A stretch of DNA of 64,000 nt, taken from positions 23,575-87,574 of the forward strand of contig CAZYCA010000031.1 in the NCBI GenBank assembly GCA_964645405.1, read 5' to 3'. Positions 41,126 to 51,801 of the stretch are shown here, one piece after another. This DNA is from an uncultured bacterium (GTDB taxonomy: Bacteria; Ratteibacteria; UBA8468; B48-G9; DSTR01). Each line of letters begins with the position of its first letter. Positions within the stretch are counted from its first letter, which is position 1. Made by a program: the position numbers and the translations under genes. The notes under the pieces were generated by a model that saw nothing but the letters and a program-made list of their open reading frames with translations, was not told the origin of the DNA and ran no database searches.

Positions 41126-41945
41126 GGCTGCTTTCAGGTTAGAATCAGCAGGGGTAGAGGATTCACGCCTGGTAGCGGAAATCCTGCTGGCACACAGCCT
41201 GAAAAACAGCAGGCTGCAGCTTTACACTGAAGAAATAAGACTGCATCAAACTGCCGTGTCTTTTTTCTGGAAACTGGTGAGCAGGTGTGCCTCAGGAGTG
41301 CCACTGCAATACCTGTTAAACCGTGTGGACTTCTACGGTTTGCCATTTAAGGTTTCCACTGGTTGTTTCATTCCGCGGCCAGAAACAGAATTACTGGTAG
41401 CGGCAGCGCTTAATTTCATAAAGGAAATTCCTCCTCCTCAGAAAATTTTAGAAATAGGTACAGGTTGTGGTGCCATCAGCCTGGTTTTAGCGCATCATGT
41501 ACCTACCTGCATGGTGCAAGCTACGGAAATCAGTCCTGCAGCTTTGAAAGTAGCCGGTGATAACAGAAAAAGGTTACATTTGAAGGAAAGGGTAAGATTT
41601 TACCGTCGTGACCTTTTCCCTCCCGGGCATAAAAATTTTGACTTAATTGTGAGTAACCCACCTTATATTCCCTCCAGAGAAATAGCAACTTTACCTGCCC
41701 CAGTGCGTAAGGAGCCAGTTATTGCTCTTAATGGGGGAAAAGATGGGCTGGGAGTGATAAAGAGAATTTTGAATTCTGCAGCTGCTTTTTTGAAACCAGG
41801 AGGAGTGGTTCTTCTAGAAATTGGAAACAACCAATCAGAAAGTCTAAGGAAACTGTGTTTTCCCGGACTGAGACTTTTCTGCTTCCGTAAGGACCTGGCA
41901 GGTATAGAGCGGATTGCTATCTACCGCAGAGTTTTAAAGGGATAG
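41010..41945 (+). CDS. prmC: release factor glutamine methyltransferase PrmC (HemK)
   Basis: NPPY motif (LIVSNPPYIPS), a SAM-binding motif (EIGTGCGAIS) and an N-terminal HemK domain. The start is uncertain, possibly GTG or the ATG at 40989 inside the upstream gene. Confidence 0.8.
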   Translation: MKKESKKFQLKQRQLPGQLRQGSLECRNFRYSPFHLLAEAAFRLESAGVEDSRLVAEILLAHSLKNSRLQLYTEEIRLHQTAVSFFWKLVSRCASGVPLQYLLNRVDFYGLPFKVSTGCFIPRPETELLVAAALNFIKEIPPPQKILEIGTGCGAISLVLAHHVPTCMVQATEISPAALKVAGDNRKRLHLKERVRFYRRDLFPPGHKNFDLIVSNPPYIPSREIATLPAPVRKEPVIALNGGKDGLGVIKRILNSAAAFLKPGGVVLLEIGNNQSESLRKLCFPGLRLFCFRKDLAGIERIAIYRRVLKG

Positions 41946-41977
41946 GTGAAAGCAAAAAACTATGCTAAAATAAAAGT

Positions 41978-43237
41978 ATGGACAAGTTCATTATCTCCGG
42001 GGGCAAACCGCTAAAAGGAACAGTAACTGCCTCTGGTGCTAAGAATGCAGCCTTACCGATAATGGCAGCCAGTATTCTCTCCAGGGAACCAAGCGTTATT
42101 CATAATGTTCCCAGACTTAGAGATACAGAAACAATGGCCCGTATTCTTACCTTCCTCGGAGCCAGAGTTTCCTTTTCTGACAGCACAGTAACAATTGAGC
42201 CAGGCAATTTAACCCGCTGCACAGCACCTTACGAACTGGTGAGTACCATGCGAGCTTCTATCTGTCTTCTGGGACCGCTGGTTGCCAGGTGCGGCCAGGC
42301 CAAATTTTCCATGCCTGGCGGTTGTGTCATCGGACCAAGACCTATTGACCTGCATTTGAAAGGTCTTAGTAAGTTAGGTGTTTCCATCACTATGGAGAAA
42401 GGTTACATTGTCGCCAGAAATAAAAAGCTTAAAGGGACTTCTATTTTTCTCGGAGGTCCTTTTGGTTCTTCTGTTCTTGCTACTGCTAACGTTTTGACAG
42501 CTGCCACTGTTTCTGCTGGCGAGACTGTGATTGAGTTTGCCGCTTGCGAACCCGAAATTGTCGATCTGGCTATTTTTTTACGCCGGATGGGAGCAAAAAT
42601 CAGGGGAGAAGGGTCCCATTTAATCAGGGTTGAAGGTACCAGGAAGCTTCATGGAGCCACTCATACCCTGCTGCCAGACAGAATTGAGACCGGTACTTAT
42701 CTTCTCGCCGGTGCTGCTACCTGCGGGAGCGTCTCTGTCCGAAGGTGCTGTCCGGAAAATCTTTTCAGCCTTCTGGACAAATTAGAGGAAGCAGGTGTAG
42801 AAGTTGCTCGCGGCCAGGACTGGATTGGTGTTAAAGGCAAAAAATTTTGGAAACCTCTGGATATTGTTACCTGGCCCTACCCGGGATTTCCCACAGACTT
42901 ACAGGCCCAGATGATGGCTTTTCTCACTCTGGCAGAGGGCGTAAGTAGCATCACAGAAAAGGTTTATCCAGACCGCTTTATTCACGTTGCAGAACTCAAT
43001 AGACTGGGCGCCTGTATCTCGCTGGATGGTCCCAAGGCTCTGGTCAGAGGAGTAAAAAGCCTGTTTGGTGCTAAAGTTATGGCTTCAGATTTGCGCGCGA
43101 GTGCTGCTTTAGTTATTGCTGGGCTGGCAGCAAAGGGTGAAACAGAGATTTCCCGAATTTATCACCTTGATAGGGGTTATGAAAAATTTGAAGAAAAACT
43201 TACGCAGTTAGGGGCTCAAATTAAACGCGTAAGATAA
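41978..43237 (+). CDS. murA: UDP-N-acetylglucosamine 1-carboxyvinyltransferase
   Basis: Starts MDKFIISGGKPLKGTVTASGAKNAALPIMAASIL. A Cys in CVIGPRPID lies in the active-site loop. Confidence 0.95.
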   Translation: MDKFIISGGKPLKGTVTASGAKNAALPIMAASILSREPSVIHNVPRLRDTETMARILTFLGARVSFSDSTVTIEPGNLTRCTAPYELVSTMRASICLLGPLVARCGQAKFSMPGGCVIGPRPIDLHLKGLSKLGVSITMEKGYIVARNKKLKGTSIFLGGPFGSSVLATANVLTAATVSAGETVIEFAACEPEIVDLAIFLRRMGAKIRGEGSHLIRVEGTRKLHGATHTLLPDRIETGTYLLAGAATCGSVSVRRCCPENLFSLLDKLEEAGVEVARGQDWIGVKGKKFWKPLDIVTWPYPGFPTDLQAQMMAFLTLAEGVSSITEKVYPDRFIHVAELNRLGACISLDGPKALVRGVKSLFGAKVMASDLRASAALVIAGLAAKGETEISRIYHLDRGYEKFEEKLTQLGAQIKRVR

Positions 43238-43255
43238 GCTTTTGCGGAGAAAAAA

Positions 43256-44047
43256 ATGAGAATACCTGTCGTTGTTTCCGGTGCCTGTGGTCGTATGGGG
43301 ACAATCATTCGCAGCATGTTAGCGGAATCAACTGCCTTCTCTCTGGTGGGAGCACTGGAGCGTACCAACCATCCTTTACTGGGCAGGAAGCTGGAGCAGA
43401 GTGTGATTCTCACTTCCGAACTTCCACCAGGTGACTATGTTGTTATTGACTTCAGTTCGCCGGAAGGAACCCTCAATCTCCTCCGGCAGACAAAAAACCC
43501 TCTTGTTATTGGTACTACGGGATTAACCGAAGAGACCAGAAACTTGATGGAAAAACTTTCAGCCAGTACCGCTATAGTATGGGCTGCCAACATGAGCATT
43601 GGAGTCTATTGTTTTTTCCAGATTGTAAAGCGAGCAGCTGAACTGCTTAAGGATTATGAAGTGGAAATACTGGAAACTCATCACCACCACAAAAAGGATG
43701 CTCCCAGCGGTACAGCCAGAGAAATTGCCAGAATCGTCTGTGAGGCAAAGAAACTGACACCAGAAAGTTCTCTCCGTTTTGGTCGGAGTGGCTTCACCGG
43801 AGAACGCAAGCCTGAAGAAATCGGTATTCATGCCATGCGACTGGCAGACATTGTAGGTGAACATTCTGTTTTTTTTGGTAAGACAGGTGAAGTAATTGAA
43901 TTATCCCACCGCTGTTTTAATCGGGCAAGTTTTGCGGCTGGTGCTCTGCAGGCAGCAAGTTTTGTCTGGAAAAAAAGTCCTGGTCTGTATACCATGGAAG
44001 ATGTTATTGAGGAAAAAAAGGGAGAAGAAAATGTTGTCCGTGAGTGA
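43256..44047 (+). CDS. dapB: 4-hydroxy-tetrahydrodipicolinate reductase
   Basis: Contains GACGRMG and HHHKKDAPSGTA. Confidence 0.9.
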   Translation: MRIPVVVSGACGRMGTIIRSMLAESTAFSLVGALERTNHPLLGRKLEQSVILTSELPPGDYVVIDFSSPEGTLNLLRQTKNPLVIGTTGLTEETRNLMEKLSASTAIVWAANMSIGVYCFFQIVKRAAELLKDYEVEILETHHHHKKDAPSGTAREIARIVCEAKKLTPESSLRFGRSGFTGERKPEEIGIHAMRLADIVGEHSVFFGKTGEVIELSHRCFNRASFAAGALQAASFVWKKSPGLYTMEDVIEEKKGEENVVRE

Positions 44048-45194
44048 ACGTCTGGAGAAACTACCACCTTATCTTTTTGCCGAGATAGACAGATTGAAGA
44101 AGAAACTCTTAACCCAGGGACACGATGTTATCAGTCTGGGTGTTGGAGACCCTGATGAAGCCACTTTCCCACATATTATTGGTGCCTGTCAGCAGGCAGT
44201 AAAGAATTCCCGTTATCACCAGTATCCCCTCGGTCAGGGAAGTATCTTATTCAGGAAAGCAATTGCCAGTTACTATGAAAAATACAATAATGTTTCTCTG
44301 GACCCGGAGGAAGAAATTTGCGTTCTTATTGGTTCCAAAGAAGGTATTGCGCATCTTCCCCTGAGTGTTCTCAACCCGGGTGATTATTCTCTGGTGCCAG
44401 AACCAGGCTATCCTGTATACCATATTGGCACAATGCTGGCAGGAGGAAATACTTTTTTCTTACCTTTGAAAGAAGAAAATAGTTTTCTACCTGATATTTC
44501 CAGTGTTCCAGCCGCAGTCCTGGAGAAAACAAAAATTCTCTGGCTGAATTATCCCCATAATCCAACCAGTGTGCTGGCACCAGCAGAGTATCTGCAGGAA
44601 GTGATTAATTTTTGCCGGAAGAGGAACATCCTTATTGCTTATGATGCCGCCTACCACGAGATTTATTATGAGAAAAGACCTGTAAGTTTTCTTTCCTTAC
44701 CTGGTGCCAGGGAAGTCGGAGTAGAGTTTCACTCCCTTTCCAAGACCTACAACATGACAGGATGGAGAATAGGCTGGGTTTGCGGTAATCGCCAGATTGT
44801 AAAGGCAGTTGCCCGTCTGAAAGAAAATATAGATTCGGGAACTTTTGAGGCTATTCAGGTAGCCGGAACAGTGGCTTTGACCGGTTCTCAAAGTTGTGTG
44901 CAAAAAATGCGCAGTATCTACCAGAAAAGGAGAGACCTGTTCACCAGCTGTGTGAGGAATATTGGCTGGTCTGCTAGAATACCGGAAGGAACATTTTATT
45001 ACTGGGTCAGGGTACCTTCTGGAGATTCCATGTCAGCAGCAAGACAGTTACTGGAAAAAGCTCATGTGGTGGCTACTCCCGGGATTGGTTTTGGTCCATC
45101 TGGAGAAGGCTATATACGTTTTTCTCTTACATTACCGGAAGAAAGACTGCTACAGGCAATACAAAGAATGGAGAACCTATGGAAGAAAAAATAG
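44031..45194 (+). CDS. class I aminotransferase, LL-diaminopimelate aminotransferase (DapL)-like
   Basis: Contains LPPYLFAEIDRLKKKL and a PLP-Lys region (SLSKTYNMTGWRIGW). Sits adjacent to dapB. Confidence 0.7.
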   Translation: MLSVSERLEKLPPYLFAEIDRLKKKLLTQGHDVISLGVGDPDEATFPHIIGACQQAVKNSRYHQYPLGQGSILFRKAIASYYEKYNNVSLDPEEEICVLIGSKEGIAHLPLSVLNPGDYSLVPEPGYPVYHIGTMLAGGNTFFLPLKEENSFLPDISSVPAAVLEKTKILWLNYPHNPTSVLAPAEYLQEVINFCRKRNILIAYDAAYHEIYYEKRPVSFLSLPGAREVGVEFHSLSKTYNMTGWRIGWVCGNRQIVKAVARLKENIDSGTFEAIQVAGTVALTGSQSCVQKMRSIYQKRRDLFTSCVRNIGWSARIPEGTFYYWVRVPSGDSMSAARQLLEKAHVVATPGIGFGPSGEGYIRFSLTLPEERLLQAIQRMENLWKKK

Positions 45195-45640
45195 CAGTCG
45201 TAGTTGGCAGTAAAAACGATTTGTCTTTTCTGGAGGGAGCCAGGGAAATTTTTTCTCAGTTCCAGGTAGAGTTTGATATCTTCACCCTTTCTGCTCATCG
45301 CAACCTGGATGAAACTATCAAGTTTGCCTCGGAAGCGGAGGAAAAAGGCTACGCTGTAATTATTGCCTGCGCTGGAATGGCGGCCCATTTGCCAGGAGTT
45401 ATTGCTGCCAAGACCATCTTACCGGTGATAGGTGTTCCTTTACCAACCAGCGAAATTCAGGGAATGGATGCCCTTCTGGCGATTGTCCAGATGCCAGCCG
45501 GCATTCCGGTAGCCACAATGGCTATTGGACGAGCAGGAGTGAAAAACGCAGCGCTTCTGGCAATTAGTATTATGGCGAGAAAAAATTCCCGGTTGGCGAC
45601 TGATCTCAGAGAGTATCGGAGAAAGCTAAGCGGAAAATGA
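45179..45640 (+). CDS. purE: 5-(carboxyamino)imidazole ribonucleotide mutase
   Basis: Contains IAVVVGSKNDL and IIACAGMAAHLPGVIAAKT. Confidence 0.9.
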   Translation: MEEKIAVVVGSKNDLSFLEGAREIFSQFQVEFDIFTLSAHRNLDETIKFASEAEEKGYAVIIACAGMAAHLPGVIAAKTILPVIGVPLPTSEIQGMDALLAIVQMPAGIPVATMAIGRAGVKNAALLAISIMARKNSRLATDLREYRRKLSGK

Positions 45641-46602
45641 AGAAGATAGCCATTCTTACGGCTGGTGGTGATGCCCCGGGAATGAACGCAGCCATCAGGG
45701 CCGCAGTTAGAATTGCCAGCGGTGAAAAATTGACTGTGATTGGTATTAAAAGAGGTTACCGCGGACTTTACGAAAAAGATTTTTCCCTGATAACTTCCCG
45801 TGATGTATCCGGTATTATTAATCTGGGAGGGACAATTCTAAAAACTATTCGCTTCCCGGAATTCAAGAAATCTGAGATCAGAAAAAAAGCCGCCGAAAAT
45901 CTTAAAGAGGCTGGAATTGAGGGATTGATTGCTATTGGCGGTAATGGGACAGCCCAGGGAGCCCTTCTGTTTCACCAGGAAAGCGGAATTCCGGTTGTGG
46001 TCATTCCTGCTTCCATTGATAACGACCTCGGCGGAACAGATATGAGTATCGGGTTTGATACTGCAGTTAATACAGCTGTGGAAGCCATTGACCGCATCAG
46101 AGATACTGCTACCAGTCATGAAAGAACTTTTGTGATCGAGGTAATGGGCAGACACTGTGGAAACCTTGCTCTGGAAGTAGGCCTGGCCTGCGGGGCAGAA
46201 ATTATTGTTGTTCCCGAAGTACCGTTGAGTTATGAGAAGATACTGGAAGACCTCAGGGAAGCTGACAGAAAAGGAAAAAATAGCGTGCTTATTGTTTTAG
46301 CCGAAGGAGTCACCTCCGCTCCGGAGATGACAGCTGTTATAAAAAAGCATTTTCCAGAGAAGGAGGTACGCTACGCTGTTTTAGGTTATATCCAGAGGGG
46401 AGGAAGTCCTACTTATGCCACCCGTGTTCTGGCAACCAGACTGGGAGCAGAAGCCGTACGGGTACTTATCTCCGGGGCTTCCTGCCATCTGGTAGGGGTA
46501 AAAGCTGGTCGTTTAGTACATTTGCCTGTCAGTGAAGCACTGGCTACTGGCTACTCAGCGCCACTGGAAAATCTAAAATTAGCACGCCTTCTTTCAATTT
46601 GA
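45637..46602 (+). CDS. pfkA: ATP-dependent 6-phosphofructokinase
   Basis: Contains KKIAILTAGGDAPGMNAAIRA, GGNGT and MGRHCG. Confidence 0.9.
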   Translation: MKKIAILTAGGDAPGMNAAIRAAVRIASGEKLTVIGIKRGYRGLYEKDFSLITSRDVSGIINLGGTILKTIRFPEFKKSEIRKKAAENLKEAGIEGLIAIGGNGTAQGALLFHQESGIPVVVIPASIDNDLGGTDMSIGFDTAVNTAVEAIDRIRDTATSHERTFVIEVMGRHCGNLALEVGLACGAEIIVVPEVPLSYEKILEDLREADRKGKNSVLIVLAEGVTSAPEMTAVIKKHFPEKEVRYAVLGYIQRGGSPTYATRVLATRLGAEAVRVLISGASCHLVGVKAGRLVHLPVSEALATGYSAPLENLKLARLLSI

Positions 46603-46682
46603 AGCCGCTGCAGAAAGACGGTACAGATTTTTCCAGGAAAAACAACTTCTATGTTAAAATGGTAAACAATTAAGGAGGGTAT

Positions 46683-48338
46683 ATGCGCAGCGACCAGATG
46701 AAAAAAGGATTTTTAAGAGCACCCCACCGAAGCCTTTTGAAGGCTATGGGCTACACTGAGGAAGAGTTTAAACGTCCTTTAATCGGTGTTGCCAATTCTG
46801 GTAATGAAATTATTCCCGGACATATCCACCTGGATAAGATTACAGAAGCAGTCAAAGCCGGAATAACACTGGCTGGAGGAACCCCGGTGGAATTCAGAAC
46901 CATCGGTGTATGTGATGGTATTGCTATGGGACACGAGGGAATGAAGTACAGTCTTGTCTCCAGAGAGATAATTGCTGATTCTATAGAAATTATGGCCATG
47001 GCTCATCCTTTTGATGGACTGGTCCTGGTAGCCAGTTGCGATAAGATTGTTCCCGGTATGCTGATGGCTTTACTCAGGTTGAATATACCGGGAATTTTTA
47101 TTGGTGGCGGACCCATGGCTGCAGGCAGGCTTCCCTCCGGGGAAACAGTTGATTTAATCTCTGTCTTTGAAGGGGTTGGCCGCGTCTCCAGTGGAGAGAT
47201 AAAGGAAGACAGGTTGAGTTTGATTGAAGACAACGCCTGTCCAGGTTGCGGCAGTTGTTCTGGAATGTTTACAGCTAACTCTATGAATTGTCTGGCTGAA
47301 GTGCTGGGTTTGACACTGCCCGGTAACGGAACAGTCTTGGCTAACACTTCCCGGCGTATACAGTTAGCCAAAAAAGCAGGTATGGCAGTGATGGAGCTGG
47401 TGCGAAAAAATTGTAGACCTAAGGATATAGTAAGCCAGGCAAGTTTCCGGAATGCTATCAGGGTGGATATGGCTTTGGGCGCTTCTACCAACACAGTTTT
47501 GCATTTGCCCGCGATTGCCAGCGAGGCAGGCATCCCTTTACCACTGAGTATTTTTGATGAATTAAGCCGCTCCACACCTAATATCTGCAGGTTATCTCCA
47601 GCATCTTCCTTTCACCTGGAAGACCTGGATAGAGCCGGTGGTATCTCTGCAGTGATGAAGGAACTCAGCAGGAAAAATCTTCTGGAGCTGGACCTTCCCA
47701 CCGTTGCTGGTATTTTACGTGATATTGTTGCTCAGGCCAGAGTCTGGGACCATAATGTTATCAGGCCGCTGGAAGACCCCTTTTCCTTAGAAGGTGGTCT
47801 GGCAATCCTTTACGGAAGTTTGGCTCCTGAGGGGGCAGTGATTAAACAATCGGCTATTGCTTCAGGGATAAAAGTCTTCCGTGGTCCAGCGAAGGTTTTC
47901 AACGGAGAAGAAGCAGCTCTAAATGCCATTTTGAAAAAGAAGATTAAGCCGAAAGATGTAATAATTATCCGGTATGAGGGCCCAAAAGGTGGGCCAGGAA
48001 TGAGAGAAATGCTGGCGGTCACTTCAGCCATCAGCGGACAGGGGCTGGGAGAAAAGGTGGCGCTGCTGACAGATGGACGTTTTTCTGGAGGAACCAGAGG
48101 GATATGTATCGGACACATCAGTCCGGAAGCAGCTGCTGGCGGGCCTGTAGGATTGGTGCAGAATGGAGATTTGGTGGAGATTAACCTGCCAGAGAGAAAA
48201 TTAGAGCTTCTGGTTTCTCCTGCACAGTTAGAAAAGAGGCGTCAGAAAATAAAAGCTCCGGCATTGAGGTTAAAAGGAGTTCTGGCGCGTTATAGCCAGC
48301 AGGTTCAGTCAGCTTCTACCGGTGCAATACTCAAATAA
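46683..48338 (+). CDS. ilvD: dihydroxy-acid dehydratase
   Basis: Contains [19 protein letters not shown] and CDKIVPGM. Confidence 0.95.
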   Translation: MRSDQMKKGFLRAPHRSLLKAMGYTEEEFKRPLIGVANSGNEIIPGHIHLDKITEAVKAGITLAGGTPVEFRTIGVCDGIAMGHEGMKYSLVSREIIADSIEIMAMAHPFDGLVLVASCDKIVPGMLMALLRLNIPGIFIGGGPMAAGRLPSGETVDLISVFEGVGRVSSGEIKEDRLSLIEDNACPGCGSCSGMFTANSMNCLAEVLGLTLPGNGTVLANTSRRIQLAKKAGMAVMELVRKNCRPKDIVSQASFRNAIRVDMALGASTNTVLHLPAIASEAGIPLPLSIFDELSRSTPNICRLSPASSFHLEDLDRAGGISAVMKELSRKNLLELDLPTVAGILRDIVAQARVWDHNVIRPLEDPFSLEGGLAILYGSLAPEGAVIKQSAIASGIKVFRGPAKVFNGEEAALNAILKKKIKPKDVIIIRYEGPKGGPGMREMLAVTSAISGQGLGEKVALLTDGRFSGGTRGICIGHISPEAAAGGPVGLVQNGDLVEINLPERKLELLVSPAQLEKRRQKIKAPALRLKGVLARYSQQVQSASTGAILK

Positions 48339-48346
48339 ATAAAGGA

Positions 48347-49633
48347 ATGAAGATACTACAGCTGGAACATGCTAAGAAGGGTCTCCTCACGAAAGAAGTG
48401 AGACAGGTAGCCGCTGCCGAAGGTTTACCTGCAGAAATGGTGGCCGAGAAAGTGGCTGCCGGCCAGATTGTTATCGTCAAGCACAAAGGCAAATCTCTGG
48501 GCATTGGCTCTGATTTACGAATCAAGGTCAATGTTAACATTGGTACCTCCCCGGATTATGCCGAGACACGATTAGAACTAACCAAATTAAAAACTGCCTG
48601 CCGTCTGGGGACAGATACAATTATGGATTTAAGCATCGGAGGTCCTATCCAGCAGATACGGGAGAAAATTCTGAAACACAGCACTGTCCCGGTTGGTACT
48701 GTTCCCATCTACCAGGCAGCAATTGCCACAATTCAGAACCAGAAGGGTATTGGAAAAATGAAGGTAGATGACCTTTTTTCTACTATCCAGCAGCAGGCAA
48801 TGCAGGGAGTCTCTTTCGTGACTGTTCATTGTGGGATAACCAGGAAAACTGTGGAAAAACTTCAAAGACAGCCAAGAATGATGTCAGTAGTGAGCAGGGG
48901 AGGCGTCTTTACCATCTGCTGGATGCTCTCTAACGACAGGGAGAATCCTCTTTACCAGCATTTTGACCGTCTTCTGGAAATTGCCAGAAAATACGATTTG
49001 GTTCTTTCCCTGGGTGATGGTCTACGACCTGGTGGGTTAAGCGATGCCACTGATGTTTTCCAGATGGAAGAGTTATTTACGCTGGGAGAACTTGTGCAGC
49101 AAGCCCGGCAGTCCGGGGTACAGGTAATGGTAGAAGGTCCCGGGCACCTGCCGCTTTCTGAGGTAGCAGCTAACGTTCTTCTGGAGAAAAAAATCTGTGA
49201 TGGCGCACCTTTTTATGTTCTCGGACCGCTTGTTACTGATATCGCGCCGGGATATGACCATATCACGGCTGCTATTGGTGCAGCTGTCGCTGGCTGGCAG
49301 GGCGCTGATTTTATCTGTGCTGTCAGCCCCGCAGAACATCTCTGCCTTCCCTCTCCAGAGGACGTTGCTGCAGGTTTACTGGCAGCCCGGCTGGCAGCAC
49401 ATGCCGCTGATTTAGCCAGGGGGAGGAAGGCTGCCTGGAGCTGGAATAAAGCAATGGAAACAGCACGGGCAAGGCGGCTCTGGGCAAAACAGAAGAAACT
49501 GTCACTCAATCCCGAACGATTCCAGGCATTACATCGCCGTTGTTCTCTAAGCCAGCCGGATGTTTGCACTATGTGCGGCCGGTATTGCGCCATGCGTATG
49601 ATAGAAAAAGCTTTAAAGAGAGAAAACTTCTGA
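48347..49633 (+). CDS. thiC: phosphomethylpyrimidine synthase ThiC
   Basis: Radical-SAM-like ThiC core with a C-terminal CTMCGRYCAMR motif. Confidence 0.9.
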   Translation: MKILQLEHAKKGLLTKEVRQVAAAEGLPAEMVAEKVAAGQIVIVKHKGKSLGIGSDLRIKVNVNIGTSPDYAETRLELTKLKTACRLGTDTIMDLSIGGPIQQIREKILKHSTVPVGTVPIYQAAIATIQNQKGIGKMKVDDLFSTIQQQAMQGVSFVTVHCGITRKTVEKLQRQPRMMSVVSRGGVFTICWMLSNDRENPLYQHFDRLLEIARKYDLVLSLGDGLRPGGLSDATDVFQMEELFTLGELVQQARQSGVQVMVEGPGHLPLSEVAANVLLEKKICDGAPFYVLGPLVTDIAPGYDHITAAIGAAVAGWQGADFICAVSPAEHLCLPSPEDVAAGLLAARLAAHAADLARGRKAAWSWNKAMETARARRLWAKQKKLSLNPERFQALHRRCSLSQPDVCTMCGRYCAMRMIEKALKRENF

Positions 49634-49634
49634 C

Positions 49635-50132
49635 ATGAAAAAGATTCGTACTTTTGGAGATAAGGTTCTGCGTGTTAAGTGTAAGGAAGTCACCACCATA
49701 GACGAAAGTGTCAGGAAGTGTGTTTCTCAGCTGCAGGAAAGTTTGCTTTTCAGCAAGGGAGTTGGACTGGCTGCTCCCCAGATCGGGATAAGAAAAAGAA
49801 TTTTTGTTGCCCGTGTCCCGGAAACAGAAAAGATAATTACCTTGATTAACCCACGGATTGTGAAAAAATCCGGAAAGATAATTGACCTGGAAGGTTGCCT
49901 GAGTTTTCCTGAGATCTTCTTCTCTATTGAACGTGCCTCAGAAGTGGCTATCAGCGGGTGGGATGAAAAAGAGCGCTGTTTTAACTTAGAGGCGTCCGGA
50001 TTGTTAGCCAGGTGTTTTCAACATGAATGCGACCATCTGGACGGTGTTCTCATTATAGATTATGCCAGCACCCAGGAGAAGAATTTCTGGAAGGAGAAAT
50101 TAGAAAAACTGAAGCAGAAAAGTAAATCTTGA
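49635..50132 (+). CDS. def: peptide deformylase
   Basis: Contains GVGLAAPQIG, EGCLSFP and HECDHLDG. Confidence 0.9.
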   Translation: MKKIRTFGDKVLRVKCKEVTTIDESVRKCVSQLQESLLFSKGVGLAAPQIGIRKRIFVARVPETEKIITLINPRIVKKSGKIIDLEGCLSFPEIFFSIERASEVAISGWDEKERCFNLEASGLLARCFQHECDHLDGVLIIDYASTQEKNFWKEKLEKLKQKSKS

Positions 50133-50160
50133 GCAAATTATTGCCTCCATCTAAAAAACA

Positions 50161-51765
50161 ATGATACCGGAATATCTTGTTTCCTTTGATACAGAGAAAT
50201 TACCGGTAGAAACAACCGATGTACTGATTGTAGGTTCCGGTATTGCTGGACTGCGAACAGCTCTGGCACTGAAAAAGAAAAGTGTTGTCCTTATTACAAA
50301 AAATGGCCTTCAGGATACCAGTACCTACAATGCTCAGGGTGGGATTGCAGCAGCATTAGCCCGCGAGGATTCTCCGGAAAAGCACCTGGAGGATACACTT
50401 TCCGCCGGGGCTGGTTTAAACAACAGGGAAGCTGTGGAAATACTCTCCCGGGAAGGAATTCAACGTGTTCTGGAATTGATAGAATGGGGACTGAAATTTG
50501 ATACCTCTGGAAACCGCCTGCATTTTACCAGGGAAGGAGGTCATTCCTGTTGCCGGATACTGCACAGTAATGGTGATGCCACCGGTCAGGCAGTTGCTGA
50601 ATTTCTTGTGAGACTGGCGAAAGACTCTAACATAAAAATTCAGGAGGGTCTTTTTCTGGTTGACCTTCTGACCCAGGAAGAAGGAATCTGCGGAGCAATT
50701 CTGCTGGACATTCATAAAAAGAATCTGTTTGTGGTAAAAACCGCCAATATTGTTTTAGCCTCAGGGGGTGCGGGTCAGATTTTTCAGGAAACCACCAATC
50801 CCCAATCCATCACCGGAGACGGTCAGGCTGCCGCCTACCGGAGAGGGGCTGAACTGGTAGATTTGGAATTTTTTCAGTTTCATCCAACCACTCTTTATCT
50901 GGCTGGTGCACCTCGTTTTCTCATTTCTGAATCCGTGAGAGGTGAAGGCGGAATTCTGAGAAACAGTTCAGGAGAAAGGTTTATGCACAATTATCACCAT
51001 CAGGCTGAACTGGCACCCAGAGATATCGTCAGCCGGGCTATTGTTGACCAGATGAAAAAAACAGGCACCAGCTGTGTCTATCTGGATTTAAGACATCTAC
51101 CGCCGTCCCGGATAAAGAAACGCTTTCCAGCCATTGAAAATTTCTGTCGGAGTTATGGACTGGATATAACAGGTGACCTGATTCCTGTAAGACCGGCAGC
51201 TCACTACTTTATGGGAGGGATACGCACAAATCTCTGGGGTGAAACCAGTATACCTGGCCTTTATGCGGTAGGAGAAGTCGCCTGTAACGGTGTCCATGGT
51301 GCCAATAGATTAGGGAGTAATTCTCTTCTGGAAGGGCTGGTCTTTGCTGTTCGGGTTGCTCAACGAATTCAGGAAAAAGAAATGAGAGTAAAACGCTGGT
51401 CGCGACTTTATTACAATTTTCCTCAGGCAACAGAAATTATGATTGACCGGGAAGACCTCAAACGTTCTATAAAAAGTCTTATGTGGCGTCAGGCAGGGAT
51501 AGAAAGGAACCGTCAGGATTTAACCCTGGCGCTGGAAAAAGTTACTAACTGGGAACGCTATGCCTTTCTGAAAGAATTCCGGGACTATACTGGTTTTGAA
51601 AGTCAAAATATGCTCATCCTGGCAACACTCATTATAAGAGTAGCCTTACAGCGACAGGAAAGCCGTGGTGCCCACTTTCGTACGGATTTCCCTGAACCTG
51701 ATTCAGCCTGGCAAAAACACATAGTTATTTCCCGTCAGGATAATTTTCTTGTGGAAAAACTTTAA
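50161..51765 (+). CDS. nadB: L-aspartate oxidase
   Basis: FAD motif (VLIVGSGIAGL) and the succinate-dehydrogenase/fumarate-reductase flavoprotein family core. Confidence 0.9.
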   Translation: MIPEYLVSFDTEKLPVETTDVLIVGSGIAGLRTALALKKKSVVLITKNGLQDTSTYNAQGGIAAALAREDSPEKHLEDTLSAGAGLNNREAVEILSREGIQRVLELIEWGLKFDTSGNRLHFTREGGHSCCRILHSNGDATGQAVAEFLVRLAKDSNIKIQEGLFLVDLLTQEEGICGAILLDIHKKNLFVVKTANIVLASGGAGQIFQETTNPQSITGDGQAAAYRRGAELVDLEFFQFHPTTLYLAGAPRFLISESVRGEGGILRNSSGERFMHNYHHQAELAPRDIVSRAIVDQMKKTGTSCVYLDLRHLPPSRIKKRFPAIENFCRSYGLDITGDLIPVRPAAHYFMGGIRTNLWGETSIPGLYAVGEVACNGVHGANRLGSNSLLEGLVFAVRVAQRIQEKEMRVKRWSRLYYNFPQATEIMIDREDLKRSIKSLMWRQAGIERNRQDLTLALEKVTNWERYAFLKEFRDYTGFESQNMLILATLIIRVALQRQESRGAHFRTDFPEPDSAWQKHIVISRQDNFLVEKL

Positions 51766-51801
51766 GTTTTTTTGTGGGAAAATTTTAAGAGGGAGAAAGG
51801 T

